Positions 1 through 16,954 of a stretch of DNA of 32,000 nucleotides are shown here, in pieces; the stretch's first letter is position 1; each line of letters opens with the position of its first letter. Both the position numbers and the translations under genes were made by a program. A model generated the notes under the pieces. That model had not been told where the DNA came from and did not search any database. It was given only the letters and a program-made list of their open reading frames with translations. This stretch comes from Dickeya solani IPO 2222 (GTDB lineage: Bacteria > Pseudomonadota > Gammaproteobacteria > Enterobacterales > Enterobacteriaceae), in assembly GCF_001644705.1 (NCBI RefSeq), contig NZ_CP015137.1, positions 2,400,001 through 2,432,000 of the forward strand, given 5' to 3'.

Positions 1-677
1 TACTGAGCGGGCGCAGCCTGCGGGTGTACTGGCGCGACCCTGAATTCCGGATGTTTATCGTCGTTCAGATGTCGCTGGTTGTGATTTGCACCCTCGTTTT
101 GTGGGGGCACGGTGTGTACAAGAATGGTATGGAAACCCTGAATCAGGCGTTCTTTCAGGTGGTTTCCATGGCGACTACCGCGGGCTTCACTACCGATAGT
201 ATTGCCTCCTGGCCGCTGTTTTTGCCGGTATTGCTACTATGTTCCGCGTTTATTGGCGGTTGCGCTGGTTCGACCGGCGGCGGGCTGAAAGTGATTCGCA
301 TCCTGTTACTGTTCTTGCAGGGTTCTCGCGAACTGAAGCGATTAGTTCATCCGAATGCGGTCTATACCATTAAGCTCGGTCAGCGCGCGTTGCCGGAACG
401 GATACTGGAAGCAGTGTGGGGGTTTTTCTCGGCTTATGCGCTGGTGTTTATCGTCAGCATGCTGGCCGTGATTGCGACAGGGGTAGACAATTTCTCAGCT
501 TTTGCAGCAGTGGCCGCTACGCTGAATAATCTCGGGCCAGGGCTGGGAACGGTGGCTGACAATTTCACCTCCATGAATGACGCCGCCAAATGGATTCTGA
601 TTGTTACCATGTTGTTTGGACGTCTTGAAGTGTTCACCATGCTGGTGCTATTTACGCCCACCTTTTGGCGGGAATAA
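1..677 (+). CDS. trkH: Trk potassium uptake protein TrkH, C-terminal part (5' end upstream of window, reading frame 3)
   Basis: The frame is open from the window edge (LSGRSLRVYWRDPEF...). The multi-TM sequence is colinear with the E. coli TrkH C-terminus, and hemG follows as in E. coli. Confidence 0.93.
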   Translation, partial: LSGRSLRVYWRDPEFRMFIVVQMSLVVICTLVLWGHGVYKNGMETLNQAFFQVVSMATTAGFTTDSIASWPLFLPVLLLCSAFIGGCAGSTGGGLKVIRILLLFLQGSRELKRLVHPNAVYTIKLGQRALPERILEAVWGFFSAYALVFIVSMLAVIATGVDNFSAFAAVAATLNNLGPGLGTVADNFTSMNDAAKWILIVTMLFGRLEVFTMLVLFTPTFWRE

Positions 678-695
678 CGGATAAGGGAGCGTGCT

Positions 696-1235
696 ATGAA
701 AGCATTAATATTGTTTTCCAGTCGGGATGGTCAAACGCGTGCGATAGCGTCTTACATCGCCAATAACCTCAAAGGGACGTTAGAGTGTGATGTTGTCAAT
801 ATTCTGAGCGCCCATGAGGTCGATCTCGACAAGTACGACAAGGTGATGATCGGCGCGTCAGTACGCTACGGGCATTTTCATCCGGTTCTGGAAAAATTCA
901 TCCGTCAGCACCTTACCTTGCTACAGCAAAAGCCCAGTGCCTTCTTCTCTGTCAACCTGACCGCCCGCAAGCCGGAAAAGCGTTCGCTGCAAACCAACGC
1001 GTATACCCGTAAATTCCTGTTGCGTTCTCCCTGGCAACCGGATTTGGGAGCGGTCTTTGCCGGCGCGTTGCGTTACCCGCGCTACCGCTGGTTCGACCGA
1101 GTCATGATTCAATTCATTATGCGTATGACCGGTGGCGAAACCGACAGTACCAAAGAAATTGAGTATACCGATTGGGAACAGGTGGCGCGTTTCGCCCAGT
1201 CTTTTGGTCAGCTCACCCAGAAAAAGGCGGTGTAA
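696..1235 (+). CDS. hemG: Menaquinone-dependent protoporphyrinogen IX oxidase (flavodoxin-like)
   Basis: The 179-aa product is colinear with E. coli HemG ([13 protein letters not shown]...[10 protein letters not shown]...YTDWEQV). An AGGGAG SD lies upstream of the ATG. Confidence 0.95.
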   Translation: MKALILFSSRDGQTRAIASYIANNLKGTLECDVVNILSAHEVDLDKYDKVMIGASVRYGHFHPVLEKFIRQHLTLLQQKPSAFFSVNLTARKPEKRSLQTNAYTRKFLLRSPWQPDLGAVFAGALRYPRYRWFDRVMIQFIMRMTGGETDSTKEIEYTDWEQVARFAQSFGQLTQKKAV

Positions 1236-1274
1236 TGCGGCTTACAGCAGTGTGATGGCGAAAAAAGAGACATT

Positions 1275-1326
1275 CGGAAGCTTTTTTGAAATTAGTGCTT
1301 GTCAGCGTCGGGGAACTCCCTATAAT
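1275..1326 (+). promoter_or_regulatory. rrn P1 promoter with A/T-rich UP element
   Basis: TTGTCA (1299-1304), 16-bp spacer, TATAAT (1321-1326), then the GC-rich discriminator GCGCC. An A/T-rich tract at 1281-1297 lies upstream. The layout is almost identical to E. coli rrnB P1. Confidence 0.85.
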
Positions 1327-1396
1327 GCGCCTCCACTGACACGGCAACAGCGGAAACGCAGCGCGGTGTCAGGCAGGGAAAACGAGAAAAAAGTCG

Positions 1397-1424
1397 TTGA
1401 CTCTGCAGGAGGAAAGCGTAGTAT
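1397..1424 (+). promoter_or_regulatory. rrn P2 promoter
   Basis: TTGACT (1397-1402), 16-bp spacer, TAGTAT (1419-1424). Position and sequence resemble E. coli rrn P2. Confidence 0.7.
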
Positions 1425-1463
1425 ACGCCACCTCGCGACAGCAGGCTGCAAGCCGGTCGCACC

Positions 1464-1475
1464 GCTCTTTAACAA
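1464..1475 (+). promoter_or_regulatory. rrn leader boxA antitermination element
   Basis: GCTCTTTAACAA matches the conserved rrn boxA. It lies between P2 and the 16S start. Confidence 0.8.
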
Positions 1476-1618
1476 TCAATCAGACAATCTGTGTGGGCAC
1501 TCGCAGGACACTTCACTAAAAAATTATGTGAAAGTCTTGAAGAGTGACAACAGTTAATTCATATGAACTAACAGTAAATTCTTTGAGCACCGCTTCTTCG
1601 GAAGCAGCATCAAACTTT

Positions 1619-3160
<1,542 letters not shown>

Positions 3161-3246
3161 CCGAGTTGAAGTGCCTGCGTGGTGTCCACACAGATTGTCT
3201 GATGATAAGAAAGAGTCAAAAGCGTCTTGCGAAGCTGACAAGTGAT

Positions 3247-3322
3247 GTCCCCTTCGTCTAGAGGCCCAGGACACCGCCCTTTCACGGCGGTAACAGGGGT
3301 TCGAATCCCCTAGGGGACGCCA
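3247..3322 (+). tRNA. gltT: tRNA-Glu (UUC) in the 16S-23S spacer
   Basis: GTCCCCTTCGTCTAGAGG...anticodon loop CTTTCAC...GGGGACGCCA. 76 nt with CCA encoded. Confidence 0.97.
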
Positions 3323-3398
3323 ATATGACTGACGGTGGGTGAAAGGCACGGTCAACGCTAACCTAAAACTGATTAGAGATAGTCAGGTTTATGTTATC

Positions 3399-3411
3399 TG
3401 CTCTTTAACAA
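3399..3411 (+). promoter_or_regulatory. Spacer boxA antitermination element
   Basis: TGCTCTTTAACAA lies between tRNA-Glu and 23S, as in enterobacterial rrn operons. Confidence 0.75.
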
Positions 3412-3516
3412 TCCGGAACAAGCTGAATAATTTGAAACGACGGCATGCAAGCGTGAGTTTGTGTGCTGGTCGAGTCTCTCAATATACCCGCATCCCGAGA
3501 CACTTTCGGGTTGTGA

Positions 3517-6425
<2,909 letters not shown>

Positions 6426-6532
6426 ACAACACCGAAGGTGTTTTGGTGAGAGAGACGAAAGCGATTTGGCTTGTTCGAGGATTGGTTCCGGTGGTTGCAC
6501 GAGAATGTGTAACGGTCGGAATGAAAAGAATT

Positions 6533-6652
6533 TGCCTGGCGGCGAGAGCGCGGTGGTCCCACCTGACCCCATGCCGAACTCAGAAGTGAAACGCCGTAGC
6601 GCCGATGGTAGTGTGGGGTCTCCCCATGCGAGAGTAGGGAACTGCCAGGCAT
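6533..6652 (+). rRNA. rrf: 5S ribosomal RNA
   Basis: TGCCTGGCGGC...GGGAACTGCCAGGCAT, 120 nt. Confidence 0.98.
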
Positions 6653-6663
6653 CACCTAAGGAA

Positions 6664-6689
6664 CCCCCGGTTAACGCCGGGGGTTTTTT
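6664..6689 (+). terminator. rrn operon intrinsic terminator
   Basis: Stem CCCCCGG / CCGGGGG with loop TTAACG, followed by T6. Confidence 0.85.
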
Positions 6690-6850
6690 GCTATGGGGGC
6701 GCAGGTGGATGGCCCGGCCCGCTCTCCTTCGGCCGGTGTGGCTCTTCTGCGGCGTGCCTGTCCTTTTTTATGCCTGTCGGCCAAACATCCCTCAATAATT
6801 CCTCTGAATCAGTTAGACTATGCCTAACTGTTTACTGAATATTGGCTACT

Positions 6851-7888
6851 ATGACGAATTCTGTCACATCTCTAAAATCGTTTAATTCCTTCTCATTACC
6901 AGTATTTGCGACAGAGGCCACGACTATCGCAAATTCGAGCGAGTTGCTATCTGCATGGCAACGTGCTCATACGGGTGGGTTACCGGTCCTGATATTGGGG
7001 GAGGGAAGCAATGTACTCTTTCTTGACGATTTTCACGGCATAGTACTCATCAATCGGCTCAAAGGGATTGAGATTAAAGAGACTGCATCTGAGTGGATGC
7101 TCCACGTCGGGTCTGGGGAAAATTGGCATTACCTTGTGGAATATACACTGGAACGCCAGATCGCCGGTCTTGAAAATCTGGCCTTGATTCCGGGATGTGT
7201 TGGCTCCGCACCTATTCAGAATATCGGTGCTTATGGCGTAGAACTGAAAAAGGTCTGTGCTTATGTCGATATGCTAAATCTGAGAACGGGTGAGACAGTG
7301 CGACTGAGTGCTGAAGAGTGTCAGTTCGGTTATCGGGATAGCATTTTCAAGCATGAATACCAGGATGGGTTTGCCATTATCGCGGTCGGATTGCGTCTGT
7401 CGAAAGCGTGGAAACCGATTCTGGAATATGGCGATCTTACCCGTCTTGATCCTTCGACAGTGACATCAAAACAAATCTTTGACGCTGTTTGTCAGATGAG
7501 GCGGAGCAAATTACCCGATCCTGCGGTAATGGGTAACGCAGGGAGTTTTTTCAAAAATCCGGTTATTCCTGCCGCTATAGCTGAACACATTCTGGCGAGT
7601 TATCCCAATGCTCCTCATTATCCTCAACCAAATGGTGAGGTAAAACTGGCTGCCGGCTGGTTGATTGATCAATGCGGTTTAAAAGGACATCAGATTGGTC
7701 AGGCTGCGGTTCATGATAAGCAGGCTCTGGTTCTGGTGAATAAAGGCGAAGCAACCAGTCGTGACCTGGTTAATCTGGCTCGTTATGTAAGAAATCAGGT
7801 CGCAGAGCAATTCGATGTGTGGCTGGAGCCTGAGGTACGATTTATTTCCGCTCAGGGAGAGGTTAATGCAGTGGAGGTTCTGGCATGA
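6851..7888 (+). CDS. murB: UDP-N-acetylenolpyruvoylglucosamine reductase
   Basis: Colinear with E. coli MurB ([44 protein letters not shown]). I chose the ATG at 6851 over the TTG at 6842, so the start is uncertain by 3 codons. Confidence 0.95.
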   Translation: MTNSVTSLKSFNSFSLPVFATEATTIANSSELLSAWQRAHTGGLPVLILGEGSNVLFLDDFHGIVLINRLKGIEIKETASEWMLHVGSGENWHYLVEYTLERQIAGLENLALIPGCVGSAPIQNIGAYGVELKKVCAYVDMLNLRTGETVRLSAEECQFGYRDSIFKHEYQDGFAIIAVGLRLSKAWKPILEYGDLTRLDPSTVTSKQIFDAVCQMRRSKLPDPAVMGNAGSFFKNPVIPAAIAEHILASYPNAPHYPQPNGEVKLAAGWLIDQCGLKGHQIGQAAVHDKQALVLVNKGEATSRDLVNLARYVRNQVAEQFDVWLEPEVRFISAQGEVNAVEVLA

Positions 7889-8844
7889 AAGATTATACCG
7901 TCCCGTTGAAGCTAATCTCTATTCTGTCCGATGGTGAGTTTTATTCGGGGGAATATCTCGGCGAGTTAATGGGGATGAGCCGTGCGGCCATAAACAAGCA
8001 TATTCAGACCATCAGAGAGTGGGGACTGGATGTCTTTACTGTAACTGGAAAAGGTTATGCACTTTCAGCTCCAATTCAATTGCTCGATGCAGAGAAAATT
8101 CGCTCGCAAATACAAAGCGGCAATATAGCGGTTTTACCCGTTATTGATTCGACCAACCAATATCTGTTGGACCGCCTCGATTCGGTATCATCGGGTGATG
8201 CCTGCATTGCCGAATACCAGCATGCCGGGCGAGGACGTCGTGGTCGACAATGGTTTTCCCCCTTTGGCAGTAACCTCTATTTGTCACTGTATTGGCGTCT
8301 GGAACAGGGACCTGCCGCAGCGGTTGGTGTTAGCCTGGTGATTGGTATCATTATGGCGGAAGTCTTGCATCATCTGGGGGCTGAAGGCGTGCGGGTGAAA
8401 TGGCCGAATGACCTGTATCTGAACGATAAAAAACTGGCTGGTATTCTCGTTGAATTAAATGGACGGACAGGAGATGCTGCGCATTTGGTCATTGGTGCAG
8501 GCATTAATCTGCGTATGAATTCATCGGGTTCGGATGTGATCAATCAGGGATGGATCAATCTGCAGGAAGCCGGGATCGACATAGATCGTAATATGCTGGC
8601 AGTGAAGCTTATTACCGAGCTGCGTACTGCATTGGCTGTTTATGAACAACAAGGCCTGGCGCCTTTTATTTCCCGATGGAACAATCTGGATAATTTTTAC
8701 AATCGTGCAGTGAAGCTGATTGTCGGTAATCGGGAAATAAAAGGTGTTGATAAAGGCATTGATAGCCAGGGTGCATTATTGTTGGAGCAGGATGGGGAAA
8801 TTCAATCTTATATCGGTGGTGAGATTTCTCTGCGTGGATGGTAA
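7885..8844 (+). CDS. birA: Bifunctional biotin-[acetyl-CoA-carboxylase] ligase / biotin operon repressor
   Basis: 319 aa with an N-terminal HTH and the GRGRRGR biotin-binding loop. There is an ATGA overlap with murB, and GGAGG lies 8 nt upstream. Confidence 0.96.
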   Translation: MKDYTVPLKLISILSDGEFYSGEYLGELMGMSRAAINKHIQTIREWGLDVFTVTGKGYALSAPIQLLDAEKIRSQIQSGNIAVLPVIDSTNQYLLDRLDSVSSGDACIAEYQHAGRGRRGRQWFSPFGSNLYLSLYWRLEQGPAAAVGVSLVIGIIMAEVLHHLGAEGVRVKWPNDLYLNDKKLAGILVELNGRTGDAAHLVIGAGINLRMNSSGSDVINQGWINLQEAGIDIDRNMLAVKLITELRTALAVYEQQGLAPFISRWNNLDNFYNRAVKLIVGNREIKGVDKGIDSQGALLLEQDGEIQSYIGGEISLRGW

Positions 8845-8845
8845 T

Positions 8846-8875
8846 AGGGGATTGTCATCCCCTCTATTTTATTTC
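8846..8875. terminator. Hairpin between convergent birA and coaA (possible bidirectional terminator)
   Basis: AGGGGA-ttgtca-TCCCCT followed by a T-rich tract. It overlaps the coaA stop. Confidence 0.5.
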
Positions 8876-9819
8876 CTTAATCGTACGCATTCGACCGCGT
8901 GATTTGCGCTTTTGGTCATGATAAGGCTGGCTCGTCCACGCGTCGGTAATATGTTCTGCTTGAGATTCAATCCGTTAATCTCGTTCCATAATTGTGAGGC
9001 GATATTAACGGCTTCTGCTTCCGCCAGTTTTGCATAATTGTGGAAGTAGGAGTCGGGATTAGTAAACGCGCCCTGCCTGAATTTTAGGAATCGATTGATG
9101 TACCAGCTCTTCAGTAGTTCCTCGGGTGCATCGACATAAATGGAAAAATCCACGAAATCAGATACAAAAACACGGTGAGGGTCGTGAGGATAATCCATCC
9201 CGCTTTGCAGCACATTCAGCCCTTCAAGAATCAGAATATCTGGCTGTTCTATGACCTTATTGCAATCGGGCACAATATCGTAGGTCAGATGAGAATAGGT
9301 GGGTGCCGTGACCCAGGGAACGCCGGATTTTATCTCTGAAACGAATTTCACCAGGCTATGCATATCATAGGACTGGGGAAATCCTTTCTTCTTCATCAGG
9401 TTTCTTTGCTGCAATACCTTATTGGGATGAAGAAAACCATCGGTGGTAATCAGTTCAACTTTGCGATGTTCCGGCCAGCGACTGAGCAATGCCTGCAGTA
9501 CACGCGCCGTTGTGCTTTTCCCTACGGCAACACTGCCAGCAATACCGATGATATAGGGAATTTTTTGCCCATCGGTTCCCAGAAATTGCTCAAGCACGGC
9601 CTGACGCCGTAAATTGGAACTGATATAGAAATTGAGCAGTCGAGACAATGGCAGATAAATTTCCGCGACCTCATCCAAAGACAGATCTTCGTTAATACCT
9701 TTGAGCTTAATGATTTCATCTTCAGTCAGCGTCAATGGTACAGAGTCACGCAAGTTGGCCCACTGCTGGCGATCGAACTGAAGATAAGGCGTTGCGAAAG
9801 ATTGCGCTTTATTAGTCAT
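8869..9819 (-). CDS. coaA: Type I pantothenate kinase
   Basis: 316 aa from the internal ATG at 9819 ([20 protein letters not shown]...), colinear with E. coli CoaA. P-loop GSVAVGKST is present. The 56 extra upstream codons of the ORF were rejected. Confidence 0.95.
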   Translation of the reverse strand: MTNKAQSFATPYLQFDRQQWANLRDSVPLTLTEDEIIKLKGINEDLSLDEVAEIYLPLSRLLNFYISSNLRRQAVLEQFLGTDGQKIPYIIGIAGSVAVGKSTTARVLQALLSRWPEHRKVELITTDGFLHPNKVLQQRNLMKKKGFPQSYDMHSLVKFVSEIKSGVPWVTAPTYSHLTYDIVPDCNKVIEQPDILILEGLNVLQSGMDYPHDPHRVFVSDFVDFSIYVDAPEELLKSWYINRFLKFRQGAFTNPDSYFHNYAKLAEAEAVNIASQLWNEINGLNLKQNILPTRGRASLIMTKSANHAVECVRLRK

Positions 9820-9984
9820 AAATGTATTTCTGCTTGACGCTACCGGTAAGGAAGGGAAACAGCCAGGTTTCAGTGCATGAAACTGAGACACCGGGAGACT
9901 GGATAGGCAACAGCCGCAGCATCCTTTCCTGATAAAATTATCGTCCAGCGGGCAGGTTACCACCATGAGGGTCAGGAAAAGAAG

Positions 9985-10021
9985 CAAAAATCTGTATCAA
10001 CACTGATACCTGTGATACAGG
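9985..10021 (-). terminator. Intrinsic terminator downstream of the GNAT gene
   Basis: On the minus strand the stem CTGTATCA...TGATACAG is followed by ATTTTTG, directly after the stop at 10035. Confidence 0.55.
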
Positions 10022-10034
10022 CATCAGGCAGGGA

Positions 10035-10583
10035 TTAGCTGGCGAGGGCGCGTTCTACACGATTCACGGCGAACAGGCGCTTGTAGTAAATTGCTGTCGG
10101 GTAGTAATAACCATCGGGAGAACTGGCATAGTCGGGAAGTTCTCCCAGATAACGGTAACCCTGAGCACGATAAAAGTGCTCGGCGGGCGAGCCGGCTTGC
10201 GTGTCGAGATAGATCAAGCCACGTCGATGCTGTAATGCCGCCTGCTCCAGCGTGGAGAGTAAACGTTTTCCAATCCCCTGGCGTCGCATGTTGCTATGGA
10301 CCAGCAGTTTTTGTATTTCAGCCCGGTTTTGTCCGTTTGATTTTTGGCACAATTCAAGCTGGATACTGCCTATCACGCCATTATCATCACGCGCAATCCA
10401 TAACAGACGTTCACCTTCGGCAACAGAGGGACGCAGGCTGTGAAAGTAGCTCTCGGCTTCCTCGTGCGTCAGCGGAGACTGGTAACCGACAGACGCGCCC
10501 TTCGCCACGGCATTGACCAGTAAGCAGGCTAATTCGTAACGATAGACCGGAAGAGTGGCGACATTCAGTAATACAATCTTCAT
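10035..10583 (-). CDS. GNAT-family N-acetyltransferase
   Basis: 182 aa with acetyl-CoA motif A (VHSNMRRQGIGKRLL) and an AGGAGAG SD. No equivalent gene lies between coaA and thrU in E. coli K-12 as I recall. Confidence 0.85.
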   Translation of the reverse strand: MKIVLLNVATLPVYRYELACLLVNAVAKGASVGYQSPLTHEEAESYFHSLRPSVAEGERLLWIARDDNGVIGSIQLELCQKSNGQNRAEIQKLLVHSNMRRQGIGKRLLSTLEQAALQHRRGLIYLDTQAGSPAEHFYRAQGYRYLGELPDYASSPDGYYYPTAIYYKRLFAVNRVERALAS

Positions 10584-10927
10584 GCTGTCTCTCCTGCTGG
10601 GTTGGGTTAAAGCATGTCTCGTCTAATTTGTCATGCAAGGAGTGTTCCATTCATCGATGAGCGACTAGATGAGCGACTAAAAGTGGCTAAATGACGAATC
10701 TCATGCTCAGGAGCGCCACAACGGAGGGCATTATCACTTTTTTGGTGCATGATATTTGGCGATGACGGCGACATATCATCGAGGTCTGAACGCCTGAGAA
10801 TCGTACGTGCAGAGCGCTTTTAACGTGTTGTCTGACGCTTATTTGCACGAATGATTGACAGTAATGTGAAACAGTATCCGGATTTGTGCAAAATCTAAGC
10901 GATAGCGCATTTTGAGCAATTTTTTTG

Positions 10928-10956
10928 TTGCATAGACCGCCCCCTCTGCCTAGAAT
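10928..10956 (+). promoter_or_regulatory. Promoter of the thrU-tyrU-glyT-thrT-tufB operon
   Basis: TTGCAT (10928-10933), 17-bp spacer, TAGAAT (10951-10956), then the GC-rich discriminator GCGCAGC. A T-rich tract lies upstream. Confidence 0.65.
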
Positions 10957-10970
10957 GCGCAGCACTTGAT

Positions 10971-11046
<76 letters not shown>

Positions 11047-11063
11047 TCAAGTACATATAATCA

Positions 11064-11129
<66 letters not shown>

Positions 11130-11148
<19 letters not shown>

Positions 11149-11322
11149 AATTCAAGTCATGAAAAATGACTAAACCAATGTGATGAGTAACATGCGTCAT
11201 GTTGGGGAAGGTGAGAACCTTCGACGAGGTTCGAGTCGAGCAGCGCGAGACAACGCGCGTAGCGCGGCCCGAAGGGTGAGGAGCAGAGCGACGAATAATC
11301 CTTCCCCCACCACCAAATTCAA
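11130..11322 (+). repeat. 26-bp perfect direct repeat pair made of the tRNA-Tyr 3' end plus trailer (rtT-like spacer)
   Basis: AATCCTTCCCCCACCACCAAATTCAA occurs at 11130-11155 and again at 11297-11322. A degenerate T-arm-like segment CTTCGACGAGGTTCGAG lies at about 11219-11235. Confidence 0.85.
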
Positions 11323-11452
11323 TCCTGGCGACAGGATACAGTCGATGCGGTATGCAATATCAAAGCCGGGTCGAGAAAAAAGCAAGGTATCAATATTAAT
11401 TGTACCTTGCTTTAGTGTTCTACAGAGAAATCAGGTAGCCGAGTTCCAGGAT

Positions 11453-11527
<75 letters not shown>

Positions 11528-11537
11528 AGTTAGATGT

Positions 11538-11613
11538 GCTGATATAGCTCAGTTGGTAGAGCGCACCCTTGGTAAGGGTGAGGTCGGCAGTTCGAATCTG
11601 CCTATCAGCACCA
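11538..11613 (+). tRNA. thrT: tRNA-Thr (GGU)
   Basis: GCTGATATAGCTCAGTTGG...anticodon loop TTGGTAA...ATCAGCACCA, 76 nt. Confidence 0.96.
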
Positions 11614-11683
11614 CTCCTTTATTTTCCTCCTGATTTTCTTTCTGTTAAAAGCTCAGCAAGTAATTGCTTGGTTGATGTGGTGA

Positions 11684-12904
<1,221 letters not shown>

Positions 12905-12934
12905 TTGCCGATAAAATTTGACGCAACATGCGGT

Positions 12935-12961
12935 AAAAGGGCATCATTTGATGCCCTTTTT
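12935..12961 (+). terminator. tufB intrinsic terminator
   Basis: Stem GGGCATCA / TGATGCCC with flanking A and T runs (AAAAGGGCATCATTTGATGCCCTTTTT). Confidence 0.85.
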
Positions 12962-13083
12962 CTACGCTGTTGTCGTAGAACCTATCTCATCAGCGATTGT
13001 GCAGTATAATCATTGGTGAGATAGGCTCTGTGTAAGCGGTGTGAGTCCCGGATTGCTTTATTTTAGAACACTTTCCGGTCTGG

Positions 13084-13105
13084 TTTGCCCTTACGGCAGG
13101 GCAAA
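13084..13105 (+). other. Hairpin in the secE leader
   Basis: TTTGCCCT-tacggc-AGGGCAAA is a perfect 8-bp stem about 30 nt before the secE start. Its function is not inferable. Confidence 0.3.
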
Positions 13106-13138
13106 ATTATTTGTCTGAATCTAGTGACAGGTTGGTTT

Positions 13139-13522
13139 ATGAGTGCGAATACCGAAGCTCAGGAGAGCGGGCGTGGTCTTGAGGCGCTGAAATGGCTGGT
13201 CGTTGCAGTATTACTGATCGCGGCAATTGTAGGTAATTACTACTACCGTGAATTCAGCTTGCCGCTGCGTGCGTTGGCTGTAGTTGTTTTAATTGCTGCT
13301 GCAGGCGGCATAGCATTGCTGACGACGAAAGGCAAGGCAACGGTTTTGTTTGCGCGTGAAGCCCGGACCGAAGTTCGCAAGGTGATCTGGCCGACCCGGC
13401 AGGAAACATTGCACACCACTCTGATAGTTGCTGCTGTAACTGCCGTTATGTCGCTGATTCTGTGGGGACTGGATGGCATTCTGATGCGTCTGGTATCGTT
13501 TATTACTGGCCTGAGGTTCTAA
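13139..13522 (+). CDS. secE: Preprotein translocase subunit SecE
   Basis: 127 aa from the ATG at 13139 ([19 protein letters not shown]...), colinear with E. coli SecE. Confidence 0.96.
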   Translation: MSANTEAQESGRGLEALKWLVVAVLLIAAIVGNYYYREFSLPLRALAVVVLIAAAGGIALLTTKGKATVLFAREARTEVRKVIWPTRQETLHTTLIVAAVTAVMSLILWGLDGILMRLVSFITGLRF

Positions 13523-13523
13523 G

Positions 13524-14069
13524 ATGTCTGAAGCTCCAAAGAAACGTTGGTACGTCGTTCAGGCGTTTTCTGGCTTTGAAGGTCGCGTAGCACAGTCTCT
13601 GCGTGAACATATCAAACTCCATAACATGGAAGACCACTTTGGTGAGGTGATGGTGCCGACCGAAGAGGTTGTTGAAATTCGTGGCGGCCAGCGTCGCAAG
13701 AGCGAGCGCAAATTCTTCCCAGGTTACGTGCTGGTACAGATGGTGATGGATGATGCCAGTTGGCATTTGGTCCGTAGCGTGCCGCGTGTGATGGGCTTTA
13801 TAGGCGGTACGTCCGATCGTCCTGCGCCGATCAGCGACAAAGAAGTTGACGCTATCATGAACCGCCTGCAACAGGTGGGCGACAAGCCGCGGCCGAAGAC
13901 GTTGTTCGAACCGGGCGAAATGGTACGCGTCAGCGATGGTCCGTTTGCCGATTTCAACGGTGTGGTGGAAGAAGTCGATTACGAGAAAAGCCGCCTGAAG
14001 GTTTCCGTATCCATCTTTGGTCGAGCAACCCCTGTCGAGTTGGATTTCAGCCAGGTTGAAAAAGGCTGA
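13524..14069 (+). CDS. nusG: Transcription termination/antitermination factor NusG
   Basis: 181 aa ([22 protein letters not shown]...) with NGN and KOW regions recognisable. Confidence 0.98.
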   Translation: MSEAPKKRWYVVQAFSGFEGRVAQSLREHIKLHNMEDHFGEVMVPTEEVVEIRGGQRRKSERKFFPGYVLVQMVMDDASWHLVRSVPRVMGFIGGTSDRPAPISDKEVDAIMNRLQQVGDKPRPKTLFEPGEMVRVSDGPFADFNGVVEEVDYEKSRLKVSVSIFGRATPVELDFSQVEKG

Positions 14070-14089
14070 TCACTGCCCGAACTCGAAGC

Positions 14090-14134
14090 TTGTATCCGGC
14101 GCGAAATTGACCTACAATTTCGCGCCTTTGTTTT
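14090..14134 (+). terminator. nusG terminator hairpin overlapping a candidate rplKA promoter
   Basis: A perfect 11-bp stem GGCGCGAAATT (14098-14108) / AATTTCGCGCC (14116-14126) is followed by TTTGTTTT. TTGTAT (14090-14095), 17-bp spacer, TACAAT (14113-14118) overlaps it. Confidence 0.6.
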
Positions 14135-14216
14135 ATGTGTCCTTAAGACGCATAACATGTTTATAAACGCGGGGAGCTTCTTCGTGAAGCGTTATTACCC
14201 ATTAGAGGAAAGCTAA

Positions 14217-15353
<1,137 letters not shown>

Positions 15354-15373
15354 TAGCTTTTGTTCCTCTTTGC

Positions 15374-15698
15374 TTTACGTGGGCGAAAGATGTACGTATA
15401 ATCTGACGCCCATTGTCCTTAACCGGACAAAATCGTTCTGAAAGTGAACAAAACAGATTTTTTCGGTTGGAGCCTGGCCTAATCCAGGCCTCCGTCCAAG
15501 ACCGCAGGTGTTTCGAATTTGTTCGGGTTTACCCGAAGAAGGGGAAACTTAATTTTCCTGCGTAGACGGTGACAGAGCCTAAAGAAAATTTTCTTTTACT
15601 GGATTCTGCTCACCGTGTTTTGACGCCTGTTTTCCATGTGGTTACAGGTGAAGTGAGTTCCGGAAATTTATTCCGGCTATATCCAGGAGCACAAGCTA
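15374..15698 (+). promoter_or_regulatory. rplJL promoter and long L10 autoregulatory leader
   Basis: TTTACG (15374-15379), 17-bp spacer, TATAAT (15397-15402). About 300 nt of untranslated leader follows before rplJ, as in the E. coli L10(L12)4-regulated leader. Confidence 0.65.
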
Positions 15699-16196
15699 AT
15701 GGCATTAAATCTTCAAGACAAACAAGCGATTGTTGCTGAAGTCAGCGAAGTGGCCAAAGGCGCGCTGTCTGCGGTAGTTGCGGATTCCCGCGGCGTTACC
15801 GTAGATAAAATGACTGAACTGCGTAAAGCAGGTCGTGAAGCTGGCGTATACATGCGTGTTGTTCGTAACACCCTGCTGCGCCGCGTCGTTGAAGGTACTC
15901 AGTTTGAATGCCTGAAAGACACGTTTGTTGGTCCGACCCTGATTGCATACTCGATGGAACACCCGGGCGCTGCTGCTCGTCTGTTCAAAGAGTTCGCGAA
16001 AGCGAATGCAAAATTTGAGGTTAAAGCTGCGGCCTTTGAAGGTGAGTTGATTCCGGCGGCTCAAATTGACCGTCTGGCAACGCTGCCGACTTACGAAGAA
16101 GCAATTGCACGCCTGATGGCGACCATGAAAGAAGCTTCGGCTGGCAAACTGGTCCGTACTCTGGCTGCCGTTCGCGATCAGAAAGAAGCTGCGTAA
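15699..16196 (+). CDS. rplJ: 50S ribosomal protein L10
   Basis: 165 aa ([33 protein letters not shown]...). Confidence 0.99.
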   Translation: MALNLQDKQAIVAEVSEVAKGALSAVVADSRGVTVDKMTELRKAGREAGVYMRVVRNTLLRRVVEGTQFECLKDTFVGPTLIAYSMEHPGAAARLFKEFAKANAKFEVKAAAFEGELIPAAQIDRLATLPTYEEAIARLMATMKEASAGKLVRTLAAVRDQKEAA

Positions 16197-16244
16197 TCGC
16201 ACTTTTCCTGTTATCGCATTTGCTAACGTATAAACTTTTTCTGA

Positions 16245-16631
<387 letters not shown>

Positions 16632-16670
16632 GCCAACCCTTCCGGTTGCAGCCTGAGTTTTCAGGCTGAT

Positions 16671-16701
16671 GGCTGGTGACTTTTTGGTCACCAGCCTTTT
16701 T
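16671..16701 (+). terminator. rplL-rpoB intergenic attenuator
   Basis: GGCTGGTGAC-tttttg-GTCACCAGCC followed by T5. This is the classical partial terminator position. Confidence 0.85.
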
Positions 16702-16954
16702 GCGCTGTAGGGCGCCGGTAGCGTTTCACACTGTTTGACTGCCGGTTTCCCATCAATGCTTGTTTCTATCGACGACTTAATATATTGCGCCAGAGCATCT
16801 GTTCTACGTAAAGCGCGATGAAATGATTTAAGAGTGATAGAAACAGGTATTGCGGAATGTGTTCCACTTTCCGATCGACATAAATGGTGTCGCATGAACC
16901 GCCCTTTTTAGGGTGGACAAAGTGGGTCGACTTGTCAGCGAGCTGAGGAACCCT

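Noticed and set aside
8869-9987. N-terminally extended ORF versions of coaA (372 aa), rpoB (16913), secE (13085), rplL (16245), murB (6842), the DUF1176-like gene (25726) and DUF1127 paralogs (27498, 27785)
   Set aside because: Colinearity with known protein N-termini, SD positions and signal-peptide placement favour the internal starts. The extensions include odd Cys-rich or basic sequence.
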